Positions 34,623-45,419 are shown, counted from the stretch's first letter. The stretch: DNA of 64,000 nucleotides from Nanobdellota archaeon (GCA_018829185.1 JAHJUI010000005.1:682-64681), one strand, 5' to 3'. Numbers and translations are program-made. Notes: generated by a model not told the origin, from the sequence alone.

Positions 34623-36506
34623 TTCTAAATTCTTTGGTGCATTTGTTTCAATGTGTAATAACTTATGCAATGTAGAAGCCATTTCTAAACAATTTGAACT
34701 TTCACCATGATTTAAGATTATTTTCTTTGGTTTTGGATTTAATCTTTGAGCGAAATTTAATAATTGTTGATAGTCAGAATGACCTGTAAATGAGTGTATT
34801 GAATAAATATCCATTTTAACTTCAGTTATATTTTGGTTATGCCCGCTTTGGAAAGCAATTTGTTTTTCTCCTTGTTGTAATCTTTTACCAAGAGATCCTT
34901 CTCCTTGGTAACAAGTTAAAACTAATGAGTTTTTATCGTTTCCTGCAAGTTCTTTGAAATACTCAACAGATGCTCCCCCGGTCATCATACCTGAAGTTGC
35001 TAAGATTATACATGGTCCTGTTTCTTCTAAGATTTGTTTCATTTCTTTTTGAGAACCAACTTGTTTGAATATTTTTGATAAGAATGGATTTTGATCTTTG
35101 TGGAAAATTTGTTTCTTAACTTTGCTATTGAAAAAATCTGGGTATGCTGTGTGTATTGCTGTTACGTCCCACACCATTCCTTGAACAAATATTGGAACGT
35201 TGGGTATTTTTCCTTCTCTCATTGCTCTTTCTAATACTAACATTATTTCTTGAGAACGTCCTACTCCAAGAACTGGCATTAAGACACGGCCCTTTCTGTC
35301 AATAGTCTTATTAATAATGTCTAAAAGATAAGTTTCTGCTTCTTCTCTTGAAGACATTACAGATTCTTTGTTACCATATGTTGCTTCTACAATAACTGTT
35401 TCTAATCTTGGAAACTTTGTAGATGCGGGGGCTAATAAATTAGACATTTCGTAATTCATATCTCCAGTGTAAAGTAAATTATGTAATCCTTCTCCAATGT
35501 GCATATGGGCCATTGAACTTCCAAGAGTGTGACCTGCGTTGTAAAATGTTAACCTAATATCTGGTGTGATATCTGATACTTCTTCATAATCTAAGCAAAT
35601 TGAATGTTTTACCATGTTTTTAATGTCTGTAGATGAATAGATTTGTTTTTTTGCATCTTTTGCGGCTACAGAAATATAATCTAAACATAAAAGCGCCATA
35701 ACATCCCTTGTCGGTTTTGTACAATAAATTGGTCCGGTGTAACCATATTTGTATAATAAAGGTATTAATCCGCAGTGATCTAAGTGAGCGTGAGTAACAA
35801 TAACTGCATCTAGTTCATTTATTTTGAATTCTGGACTGTCTAAGAAAGGATACATTGAATCTCCGGATGCTGCTACATTTATACCGCAGTCTAATAAAAT
35901 TCTAGATTCTGGTGTTTGTAACAATAATGAAGATCTTCCTACTTGTCTAGCTCCACCTAAGAAAGTAACTCTGATCCACTCTTCTTTTTTGCCCCTTATT
36001 CTTCCGCCATAAATTCTTTCTCCGACTTTGTTTAAGAATTTTTTTCTGTAATCATCATTTAAGTAAAGTACACTTCTAATGTTTTCAATTAATTTTGATC
36101 TAATTGCGGGTGTTCTTTTTACTAAAGGCACCCACATTGTTTGTTTTTTAATTTCTTTTAGAATTTCTCCAGCCTTGCCAATAACAAGACCGGGTTTTTC
36201 AGCTTCTATGACCACCATAGAACGTTGTGGATCAAAAATTATCTTGTCTATTTTTGCTTCTTTTGGAACTAATTTATTTATTAAAACTTCAGCATCTTCT
36301 TGTTCTAAGCATAAAGAAGGATCTGGTCTTACTTCAATACGTTTTTTAATTTCATTTACTATGTCTTTAATTGTTCCGTTATTGTCTAAGAAAAAATCCT
36401 TTGATTTAGTATACAGTACAATATTTGCTCCTTCAAAAGCCATTTGATTTATTTTAGCTCTATCTGGTAACTTCTCTTTAACTTCTTGTAAAATTTTTAA
36501 AACCAT
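34605..36506 (-). CDS. aCPSF1 / FttA: KH-domain beta-CASP metallo-beta-lactamase ribonuclease (archaeal transcription termination factor)
   Basis: N-terminal KH domains, HAHLDHCG MBL motif, beta-CASP region, 633 aa. Architecture typical of aCPSF1. Confidence 0.85.
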   Translation of the reverse strand: MVLKILQEVKEKLPDRAKINQMAFEGANIVLYTKSKDFFLDNNGTIKDIVNEIKKRIEVRPDPSLCLEQEDAEVLINKLVPKEAKIDKIIFDPQRSMVVIEAEKPGLVIGKAGEILKEIKKQTMWVPLVKRTPAIRSKLIENIRSVLYLNDDYRKKFLNKVGERIYGGRIRGKKEEWIRVTFLGGARQVGRSSLLLQTPESRILLDCGINVAASGDSMYPFLDSPEFKINELDAVIVTHAHLDHCGLIPLLYKYGYTGPIYCTKPTRDVMALLCLDYISVAAKDAKKQIYSSTDIKNMVKHSICLDYEEVSDITPDIRLTFYNAGHTLGSSMAHMHIGEGLHNLLYTGDMNYEMSNLLAPASTKFPRLETVIVEATYGNKESVMSSREEAETYLLDIINKTIDRKGRVLMPVLGVGRSQEIMLVLERAMREGKIPNVPIFVQGMVWDVTAIHTAYPDFFNSKVKKQIFHKDQNPFLSKIFKQVGSQKEMKQILEETGPCIILATSGMMTGGASVEYFKELAGNDKNSLVLTCYQGEGSLGKRLQQGEKQIAFQSGHNQNITEVKMDIYSIHSFTGHSDYQQLLNFAQRLNPKPKKIILNHGESSNCLEMASTLHKLLHIETNAPKNLESIRIR

Positions 36507-36526
36507 TTTATGTATAAAATAAAAAA

Positions 36527-37168
36527 TTATATTTTCTTTTCAATTATTCTTGTTTCTACTTTTCTAACGCCTTCATTGGTGATTGTAAATACATCAATTC
36601 CGTCGCCTGTTGGCATATCTCTTTGTAAAGCTGCGTTAAGTGCTTTTAATGCAACTTCAATTCCTTGTTGAGTTGTCATATCTTTTATGTAAAGTGTTTC
36701 AAGTACACCATAAGCATAAGGGCTTCCTGAGCCTGTTGAACAGTAATCATCTCTGAATGTGATTGATCCATCAAGTCCTAGTTCATATAGTTTGAATCCT
36801 GTATTGTCTTTTCCACCTAGTAAAAAAGCTACTATTCCTGGAACCATTGACATCTTTCTTATATTTTGATAAAGAATTCCGCCTAGTAAATTAGCAGCTT
36901 GTTTAACGGTTGCTTCATTACCAGTTCTTATTTTTTTTAATCTTAATTCTGCTTTTACTAATTTGATTATTAATTGAGCGTCTGAAACTAGACCTGCCAT
37001 TGTGACTGCCATATCATCTGATATCTTATGTATCTTTGTTTCTTTCTTATTTGCAATCATGTAGCCTGCGCTAGATCTTTTATCTGCCACAAGAACTATT
37101 CCGTCTTTACATACAAGACCTACAGTTGTTGTACCTTTTTTAACTAATTTACTGATATCTTCTTCCAT
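36527..37168 (-). CDS. psmB: proteasome subunit beta
   Basis: Propeptide followed by TTTVGLVCKDGIVLVADKR (Thr1 active site). Confidence 0.88.
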   Translation of the reverse strand: MEEDISKLVKKGTTTVGLVCKDGIVLVADKRSSAGYMIANKKETKIHKISDDMAVTMAGLVSDAQLIIKLVKAELRLKKIRTGNEATVKQAANLLGGILYQNIRKMSMVPGIVAFLLGGKDNTGFKLYELGLDGSITFRDDYCSTGSGSPYAYGVLETLYIKDMTTQQGIEVALKALNAALQRDMPTGDGIDVFTITNEGVRKVETRIIEKKI

Positions 37169-37347
37169 ATTAATGACCTCTTAGAATGAGTCATGATAAG
37201 TAATAAACTAGGGATTTATAAAGTTTTTGGTTGGGGGTGATAGAAAACTTGATCCCTAGTTAATTAATATCTACTTTTTATATGATTTTACTAGTATTTA
37301 AATGTTTTGGTTTGTTACTTTTGTTAAGTAGTAATAAAAGAAAAAAG

Positions 37348-37593
37348 TTATTCTCCTTTTGGTAGTCCTCTTTTAACTGGAACTTCATAATAAGTTGCTA
37401 AAGCACTAGCTTCTTTTTCAATTAATTCAGCTGTTTCATAAATGCCTTTTATATCGTCTACGCTTAAATAATCTGCGTCAGCACGTCTACGGATATTTTC
37501 AGCCCTATCAAGAAGTTTTCCTACCCTAACAGCTGCTTCAAGAGTTGTTAATCCTGGGTATTTTGTTTCTATATGTTTTGTGAGATCTACCAT
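37348..37593 (-). CDS. conserved hypothetical small protein (81 aa)
   Basis: Box A (GTTTATAAAC, minus orientation) about 28 nt upstream. GC-elevated. Confidence 0.4.
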   Translation of the reverse strand: MVDLTKHIETKYPGLTTLEAAVRVGKLLDRAENIRRRADADYLSVDDIKGIYETAELIEKEASALATYYEVPVKRGLPKGE

Positions 37594-37619
37594 TTTTATT
37601 AAATTTATAAAAAGGGGGA

Positions 37620-37666
37620 GTTTATAAACCTTTCTATTAGTTGTTCTTTAACAGTAGTTACAAATT
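37620..37666. promoter_or_regulatory. mosaic copy of the promoter-associated element: inverted ATAGAAAGGTTTATAAAC plus AGTAGTTACAAAT
   Basis: The halves match the 43567..43595 copy but are arranged in opposite orientations. Confidence 0.35.
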
Positions 37667-38831
37667 ATTTTAGAATATTGATATTTTTAACCTTATTTTT
37701 TACATTATCTTCTTTTAATAAAAATTTAATGAATGGTTTGGCTTTTGTGTATTTTCTTTTAACAATAGTGTAAGAACGTCTTTTTTCAAACTTAACATTT
37801 TTGTATTTTTTCTTGAATTTAACTAAATGTTCTTTATGGGTTTTTAATGGTCCATAATGTTTTTTTGTTTTAGGTAAATTATCTTTTACTTTAAAATAGA
37901 AAATTGCTTTTTTCTCCCAATTCCAGCCAGCATCAATTATTTCAAAATCATTTTGCTTTAGTTTGTTTTTAATAAAGTCAAATGCTTTTAATAATTTACT
38001 GCCTACAATATCTTTTTTTCCAGATTTGGGAGTTACTTCTAATAGAATATAATCTTTGTAACTATTTAATTCAAATATTTCCTTTTGGAAACTTGGATTT
38101 TTTACTGCTTCTTTTAGTTTAGAAAATTGTGCTAATGATAACACCGCTGCTGCATTTCTTTCTTTTTGAACAGGATCAATTACTATTAAAGGGGATAATT
38201 TCTTGGCTTCATTTAGATTGAATAAAGCTTCATTTTTATTTTTGTAGTATTTCTCTGTGTCAATTATTACTTTTGGTTTCCATTTTTTTACGTTTTTTAT
38301 GAAGTTATCAAATGTTTTGTATTTTATAATTAATAATTCTGTTACATAGCCTGAGAAGCCCCTAATGTATGATTCTGCACCATAGAGTTTGTTTGCTTTT
38401 AAGAATAGTTTTAACTTTCTTATTTCGTTTTTCGTATCTTTGTTTGTTTTCTTGTTTACATAGCTTATATGTAATGGAGATATATCTGTTATGTTTAATG
38501 CTTGTTCTGGTTTTTTAATTTCTAAGACCGGAACTACTTCAAATAATAATCCATTAAACATTACATGGAAATAATCTCTAGAGCCATGAACTCTTTTTAT
38601 TTTATTAAATGATTTTTTAAGAACTATATGTAAAATATTTGATATTTCTTTTTCATTTTTGAATCTTACAAAAACATCTATATCTTTATTTCCTGGAAGG
38701 AATGTTCCTTTTGCATAGCTACCGCCTACTATTGCTTTTGCATTTCTTAAACGTTTATTTAATCTAGTTAGAAATATATTAGTTGTTTCTTTTAGCAATG
38801 TTACTTCTTTTTTATCTGGTATATATTCCAT
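37665..38831 (-). CDS. cca: CCA-adding tRNA nucleotidyltransferase, archaeal class I
   Basis: IVGGSYAKGTFLPGNKDIDVFVRF (GS...DxD) followed by the archaeal CCA body domains. 388 aa. Confidence 0.75.
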   Translation of the reverse strand: MEYIPDKKEVTLLKETTNIFLTRLNKRLRNAKAIVGGSYAKGTFLPGNKDIDVFVRFKNEKEISNILHIVLKKSFNKIKRVHGSRDYFHVMFNGLLFEVVPVLEIKKPEQALNITDISPLHISYVNKKTNKDTKNEIRKLKLFLKANKLYGAESYIRGFSGYVTELLIIKYKTFDNFIKNVKKWKPKVIIDTEKYYKNKNEALFNLNEAKKLSPLIVIDPVQKERNAAAVLSLAQFSKLKEAVKNPSFQKEIFELNSYKDYILLEVTPKSGKKDIVGSKLLKAFDFIKNKLKQNDFEIIDAGWNWEKKAIFYFKVKDNLPKTKKHYGPLKTHKEHLVKFKKKYKNVKFEKRRSYTIVKRKYTKAKPFIKFLLKEDNVKNKVKNINILK

Positions 38832-38866
38832 GGTTTAAAATTAAAAATTGAGTATTAAAAAGGTTT

Positions 38867-39901
38867 CTAAAAGTAAAAGTTCACTTTTGGTAATAATCCG
38901 TCAGAACTTCGCCCTATTATAAAATAAGAATCTCCTGTATCAATTTGTATATCTCCTTCTGGTGTTTTATGCGCATATGTTATTGTTGGGGTGTTATCTT
39001 TTGATTGTGGAGAAAATAAATAACTTGGAATCATTTGTTTTGGTAAGTTGAATATGTTTAAGTTCATTGGAGCATACAATATTGGTTTTTCAGTGTCTGA
39101 AACTCCAATTGTGTCATAGAAGTCTGCTGTGATATCTGCTATTTTTTCACAAACTAATGGATCATCTACATTACATTTTTCATTTAATGGGCAACCACAT
39201 TTTGCACAATCTCTGATTAATATTTTATTATGTGTACACAAGTAAGGTTTAGTTTCTGAGCATTTTCCTACTGGTGTTTGATCTTCGCATGTTGCTGTTT
39301 CATCTATTGTTAAAGTAGGTAATGCTTGTTCTATTGGGACACAACATTGGGTTTCTGCTTCTTTTTTGATCATTGTTGATAGAATTGGTTCAAAGCCTGT
39401 TGGACATCTTCCTTTTGCTGTGAATCCATTATTTTTACTGCAATCATCTGAAGTAGTACATTGTCCACTTCTACAAATCTGGTCTTCCTTACAGGTTATT
39501 ATTTGTTTTTCAGGATTACAATATGATTTAAGGTCTGTTGAACAACTTCCTGCTTGAGTATTGTCTGTGCATTTATCTAGGGGTTGACATAATCCGTTTT
39601 CGCATCCATCTGGACATATTGTTTTTTTGTATAATATCTTTAATCCAACACAAGTTGGTTCATATAGAACGTTTGAGTCAAAGCAATATGAATAAAGTTT
39701 CTTTGCTCCTAATTGTACGCTATTAACTTCTTTTATACATTTTGGGATGCAAGTGAATTCCCCTGTTTGTTCATAATCGGCTGGACAAGTATACACTGCT
39801 TCTTCTTCTATATTTGTTAGTGCAAATCCTGTAAATGGAAAGAAAGCTTGTGCTAATGGCACCATTAATACCAATATTAAAAGTAAAACACCTTTTTTCA
39901 T
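38867..39901 (-). CDS. secreted Cys-rich protein
   Basis: Signal peptide. About 40 Cys in EGF/laminin-like spacing. Confidence 0.5.
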   Translation of the reverse strand: MKKGVLLLILVLMVPLAQAFFPFTGFALTNIEEEAVYTCPADYEQTGEFTCIPKCIKEVNSVQLGAKKLYSYCFDSNVLYEPTCVGLKILYKKTICPDGCENGLCQPLDKCTDNTQAGSCSTDLKSYCNPEKQIITCKEDQICRSGQCTTSDDCSKNNGFTAKGRCPTGFEPILSTMIKKEAETQCCVPIEQALPTLTIDETATCEDQTPVGKCSETKPYLCTHNKILIRDCAKCGCPLNEKCNVDDPLVCEKIADITADFYDTIGVSDTEKPILYAPMNLNIFNLPKQMIPSYLFSPQSKDNTPTITYAHKTPEGDIQIDTGDSYFIIGRSSDGLLPKVNFYF

Positions 39902-39925
39902 ATTTAATTTATTGTTTTTTGTATT

Positions 39926-41845
39926 TTATAAAGGTTTCTTCTTGAAAAAAGGGAATAGGAATCCTAGGTTAAATGCGTAAGCTGGTATTGATTTTAGGAT
40001 TGGTTTTTCTTTTCTATTTGCTGCTGCTTCACTTTCGTAGCAGGTTAATCCATCCCAATATTCGTTTTCATCATCTCCACAACAACCAAAATTATTTGGG
40101 GCAGAATATATAAATTCTCCTACTTCAAATCTTGGTTCGGATACATTATTTGTCCAGATGTAACCTGCCTCTTCACAAGTGTTTATTCCGGGTAATCCTG
40201 TATCTAGATCCCACCAACCGAATCCTATGCATCTTGCTTCGTGTTTTTCTCCTAATGGGCCGTCAATGTCAATCATTTGTGTTCCGTCTCCTTTGTAACA
40301 AGTTCCTTCGTATACACAATAGTTTGGCCAGTAACTTCCATTACAGTATGCGAAATCTGTTTCATTGTCTGCATAATCGCAACCCTCTGCTTGATTACAT
40401 GGGCCACCACCCATTTCATTATCATAATTTGTTCCATTTGTATCGTAGTAGTCTCCAAAGAAGAATTGTTGATAAGCTGAATCTGTTGTATCACAAGCAT
40501 CCCCTATTTCATCTCCATCTATATCTCCTTGTGCTGGGTTGTATGTGTAATCGCAATTGTCATATAAATCCCATATTCCATCTTCATCTGTGTCATCTGA
40601 TTCTATTGACCAGATTCCAAATGTAGCTAACTTACATTCCCCATAACCTACTTTAAAATATCCTCCGTCGGTACCATAATCATCCCCATAACTATTTTTT
40701 ACAATCCAAGTTTGATCTGCATCGTCCCATCCGATTATAATTATTGCGTGGTCCCAATCGCTCGGATTTGTACAGGTTAAAACATTGTCTTCCCCAAGGC
40801 TTCCACTAGACATATCTAGCTCAGAAGAAACTGGGCCCTTTTCCATTATTATTTGTTTTATTTCCCCCATTATCGGTTGATATATAAACTCCTTTGAGTC
40901 GAATGAAATCAATCTAGTTTCCCAATCCAAGCACAAATCCTCAGAACAGGAGGTATCACTACATACTCCAGTTGAATTATGTTCACAAATTGAATCGCAT
41001 GTGCCTCCACTACACCCGCACCCAGTTCCATCAACATAAAACATACATTCTTCATCTACTACACCAAAATCTTTAATGAAATCTATTGCATGGGGCAAGC
41101 TCCCCCCACAACAACCACTATTTTCTACTGTATGACAATCAGAAACCAATTGTTCTTCTGATAAATTTAAATCTAAGTTTGGATTCCCAGAACGAACATT
41201 ATACTCTGCTTCTGTCATTCCTATTGCTGAAAAAGCATAACAACTTCCACAGATTCCTTGATCTTTAACTGGGGTCATCCAATCTTCACCATTATAATCT
41301 CTCCAATCAAAATTAGCTGGCAAAGTTCTGGAACTTTTTACTGGTATATTGTCTTTTTTAATTTCTTCCAGTAAAGGCATTTCTCGTGAAGATTTAACTG
41401 ATTTATCGTTTAAATTAGTTAATTTTGTAACAGTTCCAATTTCTCTCCCAAATCGATTCACACAAACTGCATATTCTTGTGTAAACTCGTCTTTACCATC
41501 TGTTTTTATTTTTGTTTTATAGCCTTCTTTTGCACAATAATTATATTTTTGACCACATTTTCCTTGTAAGAATTCCCATCCCCCACATTGATTTCTTTTG
41601 TTGAAAACACAAATTCCATGTTGTCCTCCATCTTCTTCTGTAATGATTTTATAATCATAACCTAATTCAGTACAATAAACTGCTGCTGGATTTGCCATCC
41701 CTATCCCTTCTCCACCACAGGTTGAAACTTGTTTAGGTTGCAAGAAATTATTAGTTTTAAATAAATCTTCAAAACTAAATGCTGTAGTATTAAAACTCAT
41801 TAAAATCAATACTAAAATTACATAAAGTACTATTGCCTTTTTCAT
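39926..41845 (-). CDS. secreted papain-family (C1A) cysteine protease with Cys-rich and Ca-binding (TSP3-like) C-terminal region
   Basis: QGICGSCYAFSAIG (catalytic Cys box), HAIIIIGWD (His box), NSYGDDYGTDGGYF (Asn/Trp box). DxDxDGxxD repeats (DNCDYTYNPAQGDIDGDEIGDACD). Confidence 0.7.
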   Translation of the reverse strand: MKKAIVLYVILVLILMSFNTTAFSFEDLFKTNNFLQPKQVSTCGGEGIGMANPAAVYCTELGYDYKIITEEDGGQHGICVFNKRNQCGGWEFLQGKCGQKYNYCAKEGYKTKIKTDGKDEFTQEYAVCVNRFGREIGTVTKLTNLNDKSVKSSREMPLLEEIKKDNIPVKSSRTLPANFDWRDYNGEDWMTPVKDQGICGSCYAFSAIGMTEAEYNVRSGNPNLDLNLSEEQLVSDCHTVENSGCCGGSLPHAIDFIKDFGVVDEECMFYVDGTGCGCSGGTCDSICEHNSTGVCSDTSCSEDLCLDWETRLISFDSKEFIYQPIMGEIKQIIMEKGPVSSELDMSSGSLGEDNVLTCTNPSDWDHAIIIIGWDDADQTWIVKNSYGDDYGTDGGYFKVGYGECKLATFGIWSIESDDTDEDGIWDLYDNCDYTYNPAQGDIDGDEIGDACDTTDSAYQQFFFGDYYDTNGTNYDNEMGGGPCNQAEGCDYADNETDFAYCNGSYWPNYCVYEGTCYKGDGTQMIDIDGPLGEKHEARCIGFGWWDLDTGLPGINTCEEAGYIWTNNVSEPRFEVGEFIYSAPNNFGCCGDDENEYWDGLTCYESEAAANRKEKPILKSIPAYAFNLGFLFPFFKKKPL

Positions 41846-41881
41846 ATAAACTAAACTTATTGAGAAAATATAAAAACCTTT

Positions 41882-43438
41882 CTATTTCTTATTTTTCTTT
41901 CTTTTCTTTGGTTTTTTGTTAATTTTAACTTTTTTATTAGAATTATGTTGTGCTATGAAAAGTATTGTTGATATTCCTAAAATTACAACTACCCCGATTA
42001 TTACTACTTTAGATTCTGGAGATAATCTTGCTAATTTTCTAGCTTCTTGAATTGGAGTAAGACATTCTTTTTTGTTATCTTCATTACAAATTTGATTTTC
42101 TGGACATCCACAAATTTCACAGTCTCTTTCTAAATTTCCATTTTCTGTGCAGTAGAATGGTTTATCTTGTGAACAACTTTCAAATTCAGTGTGATAATCA
42201 TCTAAGCAAGTGTTAGTTTTTTCTGATTCTTTTTCTGATTGACGAACTGGGACGCAACATTTTAAATCTTCTCCCCAAAGATCAGAACAATCTGATTCTA
42301 AACCAGGATTATTTGAATTTATAAAGCCACTTGCGCATTCTGTTTCACAATAACCATCTGCACCATAACAAGAAAGTTCCATTATTTCTGTTTCTGTTTC
42401 ATTTTCTTCAAATTCAGATATGCAATACTCCTCAAAACAAGTATAATCTTCTGAACAAGGACATTCGCTGCATAAATTGGTTGCAATTCCAGATAAACAT
42501 TTGATTCCTCCTAAACAATTACCGTCTAAGACAAGGGGTAATCCCTGAGCAATATTAGTACAGTCTATTGTTTCTTCTAGTTTTAAAGGATCATTTGCAC
42601 AACCTGGATCTGCTAAATCTATTAATCCATCTCCATCGTTATCTGCTCCATCATTACATGCAGGCTCATCTGGATTTTCAATATAATTTGGACTGCAGCT
42701 TCCATCTTCTAAACAAAAACGACTATTTCCCCCAGTAGCATTTATACATCCCACATTAGTATCTCCCCCATCTTCACTAACTGGACTACAAGCTGTACAA
42801 CCTGTTTCCCCACATATTGGTGTTGTTCCACTGCAAGTACAATTATATGGTCCATCTGGATCACATCCAGGAACTAATTCCCACTCATCAGTACAAAACA
42901 TTCCAGGATAAATATCTGAACATTCATTTGAACTGGCACCCTCACCACACCCACTAATTGGGGGCGAGGCCTTTAAACATTCTCCAGTTAGTTTGTCACA
43001 ATACCCGTACTCTAATCCTCTTGCTTCAATACATTCTAAATTAGTTTCACATCCTCTGCATTCGTGAGGAACATTCACATTCTCACAATATGGTTCGTTA
43101 GAAGTTAAATCGCAAGGACAATCCCAACAACAATTAGATCTATCTTCTCCATTAGTACAAACATTGTCTCCACATTCGCTAGGTACACAACATTGTTTTT
43201 GATTGTATGGGGGAGAAATATCCCCTGGGCAATCAAGGATTCCTTTTGTATATTCTGAAGAACCACAGCTAAATTTACATGTTCCTCCAAAACCAGAACA
43301 AGTTGTAACTGCATTTCCAGTTACTAAATTAAAATCTAAATTGTTTATCCAGTCAATGAATGAAAATGCACTAACCGAAGTAGCTACAAAGGATACTAGG
43401 ATTATTAAAAATATTGATATCACAACTCTTTTTTTCAT
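41882..43438 (-). CDS. Cys-rich surface protein with C-terminal TM anchor and poly-basic tail
   Basis: Signal peptide. More than 50 Cys. DNDGDGLIDLADPGC Ca-binding-like repeat. TM plus KKVKINKKPKKRKKNKK. Confidence 0.5.
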   Translation of the reverse strand: MKKRVVISIFLIILVSFVATSVSAFSFIDWINNLDFNLVTGNAVTTCSGFGGTCKFSCGSSEYTKGILDCPGDISPPYNQKQCCVPSECGDNVCTNGEDRSNCCWDCPCDLTSNEPYCENVNVPHECRGCETNLECIEARGLEYGYCDKLTGECLKASPPISGCGEGASSNECSDIYPGMFCTDEWELVPGCDPDGPYNCTCSGTTPICGETGCTACSPVSEDGGDTNVGCINATGGNSRFCLEDGSCSPNYIENPDEPACNDGADNDGDGLIDLADPGCANDPLKLEETIDCTNIAQGLPLVLDGNCLGGIKCLSGIATNLCSECPCSEDYTCFEEYCISEFEENETETEIMELSCYGADGYCETECASGFINSNNPGLESDCSDLWGEDLKCCVPVRQSEKESEKTNTCLDDYHTEFESCSQDKPFYCTENGNLERDCEICGCPENQICNEDNKKECLTPIQEARKLARLSPESKVVIIGVVVILGISTILFIAQHNSNKKVKINKKPKKRKKNKK

Positions 43439-43566
43439 ATTTTGTTTAAACCCCCTCTTTGTTTATAAACATTTCTATATTTTACTGTTCTCTTTTTATA
43501 TTAAAATTAAAGGATTTTGTATATAAAAAGGTTTCTTAGGGGTTATTTTGTTAGTAATCTCTTGTT

Positions 43567-43595
43567 AGTAGTTACAAATAGAAAGGTTTATAAAC
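43567..43595 (+). promoter_or_regulatory. promoter-associated element AGTAGTTACAAATAGAAAGGTTTATAAAC (copy C)
   Basis: Box A is about 25 nt upstream of the ATG at 43616. Confidence 0.4.
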
Positions 43596-43615
43596 GAGAA
43601 TTTATTTCGAATTTT

Positions 43616-44521
43616 ATGAGATCAAGAATATTGGCATTAACAACTGCATTGACTTTGTTAGTATCTCCTTTAGCTAGTCAAGCAAAGGATTTAACTGTAT
43701 TTGCACAAGAGGGTAGTTTTGTTCATGGTGTTAGTTCTGCAGGTGAGGTTAATTTCTTTAATTTAGAAGATTTTGGCCCTGAAGATAGAAGAATTGATGA
43801 TCTTTCTTTAAGTCCTGACCAAACACGTTTAGCTTATATTTGCGCTAATGAAACGGATGGTTATCTTTGGACTGGAGAACTTAAGATAGCTGAATTGGGA
43901 AAAGAAATTGATTTAAGTTATAAGGGTGTTGACATGACTATTGTAGATTGTCCAAATGTCCAGAGATTTGATTTTGATGATTATAACTTATTTAGTTTGG
44001 ATTGGGGTCCAAATGGAAGATTAATTGTGGCAGATGGAATGGATAGGAGAATAAGAAGTAATAAAGTTCAACTTTATTTAATTGATACTATTGGTGGAAC
44101 TATTGATGTTTTACATACTGGACCAAGTTATAATATGAATCCCACTTGGGGAGATGATAATAGAATTTATTTTGAAACTATTGCCAACAAGGGGTTAGCT
44201 GTTTTAGATTTAAGGACAAGAGAAGTTAGTGCTTTTGGAAAAACTTCAATGGAATGGGAGAACCCAGATGCATGTGAAGCTGGAATTGTTTTTTCTTCTA
44301 AGAGTGAAAATGGAACTTCTAATGTTTATTTAGCTGATTATGATGGAAGAGTAAGGGGATTAGTTGATGATGGTATTGATCATGAAACCCCTAGGTGGAG
44401 TACAGATTGTGAAACTGTTTTTTATGATTCTGGAATAGAAACTTTTGCTATAGATATAGACAAGGTTTATGAACCTTGGCCAGTTACTCAAATGTTTAGA
44501 CATCAAGATCAAGAAGATTAG
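43616..44521 (+). CDS. secreted beta-propeller-like protein (GC-elevated)
   Basis: True start is MRSRILALTTALTLLVSPLASQA (signal peptide). The ORF-track start at 43517 lies upstream of the promoter. Confidence 0.5.
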   Translation: MRSRILALTTALTLLVSPLASQAKDLTVFAQEGSFVHGVSSAGEVNFFNLEDFGPEDRRIDDLSLSPDQTRLAYICANETDGYLWTGELKIAELGKEIDLSYKGVDMTIVDCPNVQRFDFDDYNLFSLDWGPNGRLIVADGMDRRIRSNKVQLYLIDTIGGTIDVLHTGPSYNMNPTWGDDNRIYFETIANKGLAVLDLRTREVSAFGKTSMEWENPDACEAGIVFSSKSENGTSNVYLADYDGRVRGLVDDGIDHETPRWSTDCETVFYDSGIETFAIDIDKVYEPWPVTQMFRHQDQED

Positions 44522-44556
44522 AAAAAGTTAAAAAGCTTTAATTCTAAATTTAAGTT

Positions 44557-45294
44557 ATGATTCCTAAATTATATTTTAAGAGAAGTAAAGAAAAAGATTA
44601 TTTTAATGTTTTCTGTGCTATAACTGGGAATGCTTATAGTCATAATTTTGCAAAAAACTTTCCTGAATCTTTAATCAAAAAAGTGAGCAAAAGAGATTAT
44701 AAAGATGTAAAAAAAGATATTAAAAAATTTATAGACCCTGCATATGAAACAAAAGGTAACAAAATTTATCCTTTTTTTAAAAAAATTGAAAAAGAATGGA
44801 AACCTGTTGAAAAAGAATATTTTAAAAGATTAGAAAGAGTAATGAAAAAAAGATTTTTGGCTAAGGAAGTAAATGTATATGCTACTTTTTTAGGGAGGTG
44901 TGATTATAGATATGCATTACCTTGTCCTTGGTTTAAAATTAGTTTAAAACATCCACAAGAGGTTTGTGTAAAAATTATGATGCATGAAATGATGCACTTT
45001 ATGTTCCACTGGCATTGGCAAGAATATAGTCGAAAACATATAGGAATAGAACTAACTTCCCATTTAAAAGAAGCATCTAGCTTTTTATTAAATGAAGAAT
45101 TTTCAGATTTATTGAAAATAAAAGATATGGGATATGACATGCATCAAGATCTAAGAAAAGAGCTAATAAAAGCTTGGAGGCAGACAAAAGATTTTAACAA
45201 GTTTCTTGATAAAAGTTTTCCAATAATGAAGAAGTGGGGTAAAGAGAATGGGAATTTAATGAAAGAAGAATCCATCCAAAATATCAAATGTTAG
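44557..45294 (+). CDS. hypothetical protein with HExxH motif (putative zincin-like metallopeptidase)
   Basis: KIMMHEMMHFMFHWHW. Otherwise unassigned. Confidence 0.35.
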   Translation: MIPKLYFKRSKEKDYFNVFCAITGNAYSHNFAKNFPESLIKKVSKRDYKDVKKDIKKFIDPAYETKGNKIYPFFKKIEKEWKPVEKEYFKRLERVMKKRFLAKEVNVYATFLGRCDYRYALPCPWFKISLKHPQEVCVKIMMHEMMHFMFHWHWQEYSRKHIGIELTSHLKEASSFLLNEEFSDLLKIKDMGYDMHQDLRKELIKAWRQTKDFNKFLDKSFPIMKKWGKENGNLMKEESIQNIKC

Positions 45295-45419
45295 GTCACT
45301 TTGGTTTCTTAGTTTTTGCTAGAAGAATATAAAAATTAATTTTTTAGAAGAATTGTTATGGAGGTTTAAAAATATTTAGTATTAATTTCTTCAAAAAAAA
45401 TTCAACCCTGTCTAAAAAA

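Noticed and set aside
43517-43615. ORF-track start of the 43517..44521 gene
   Set aside because: The upstream 33 codons run through the promoter element (box A at 43588). The signal peptide begins at the Met at 43616.
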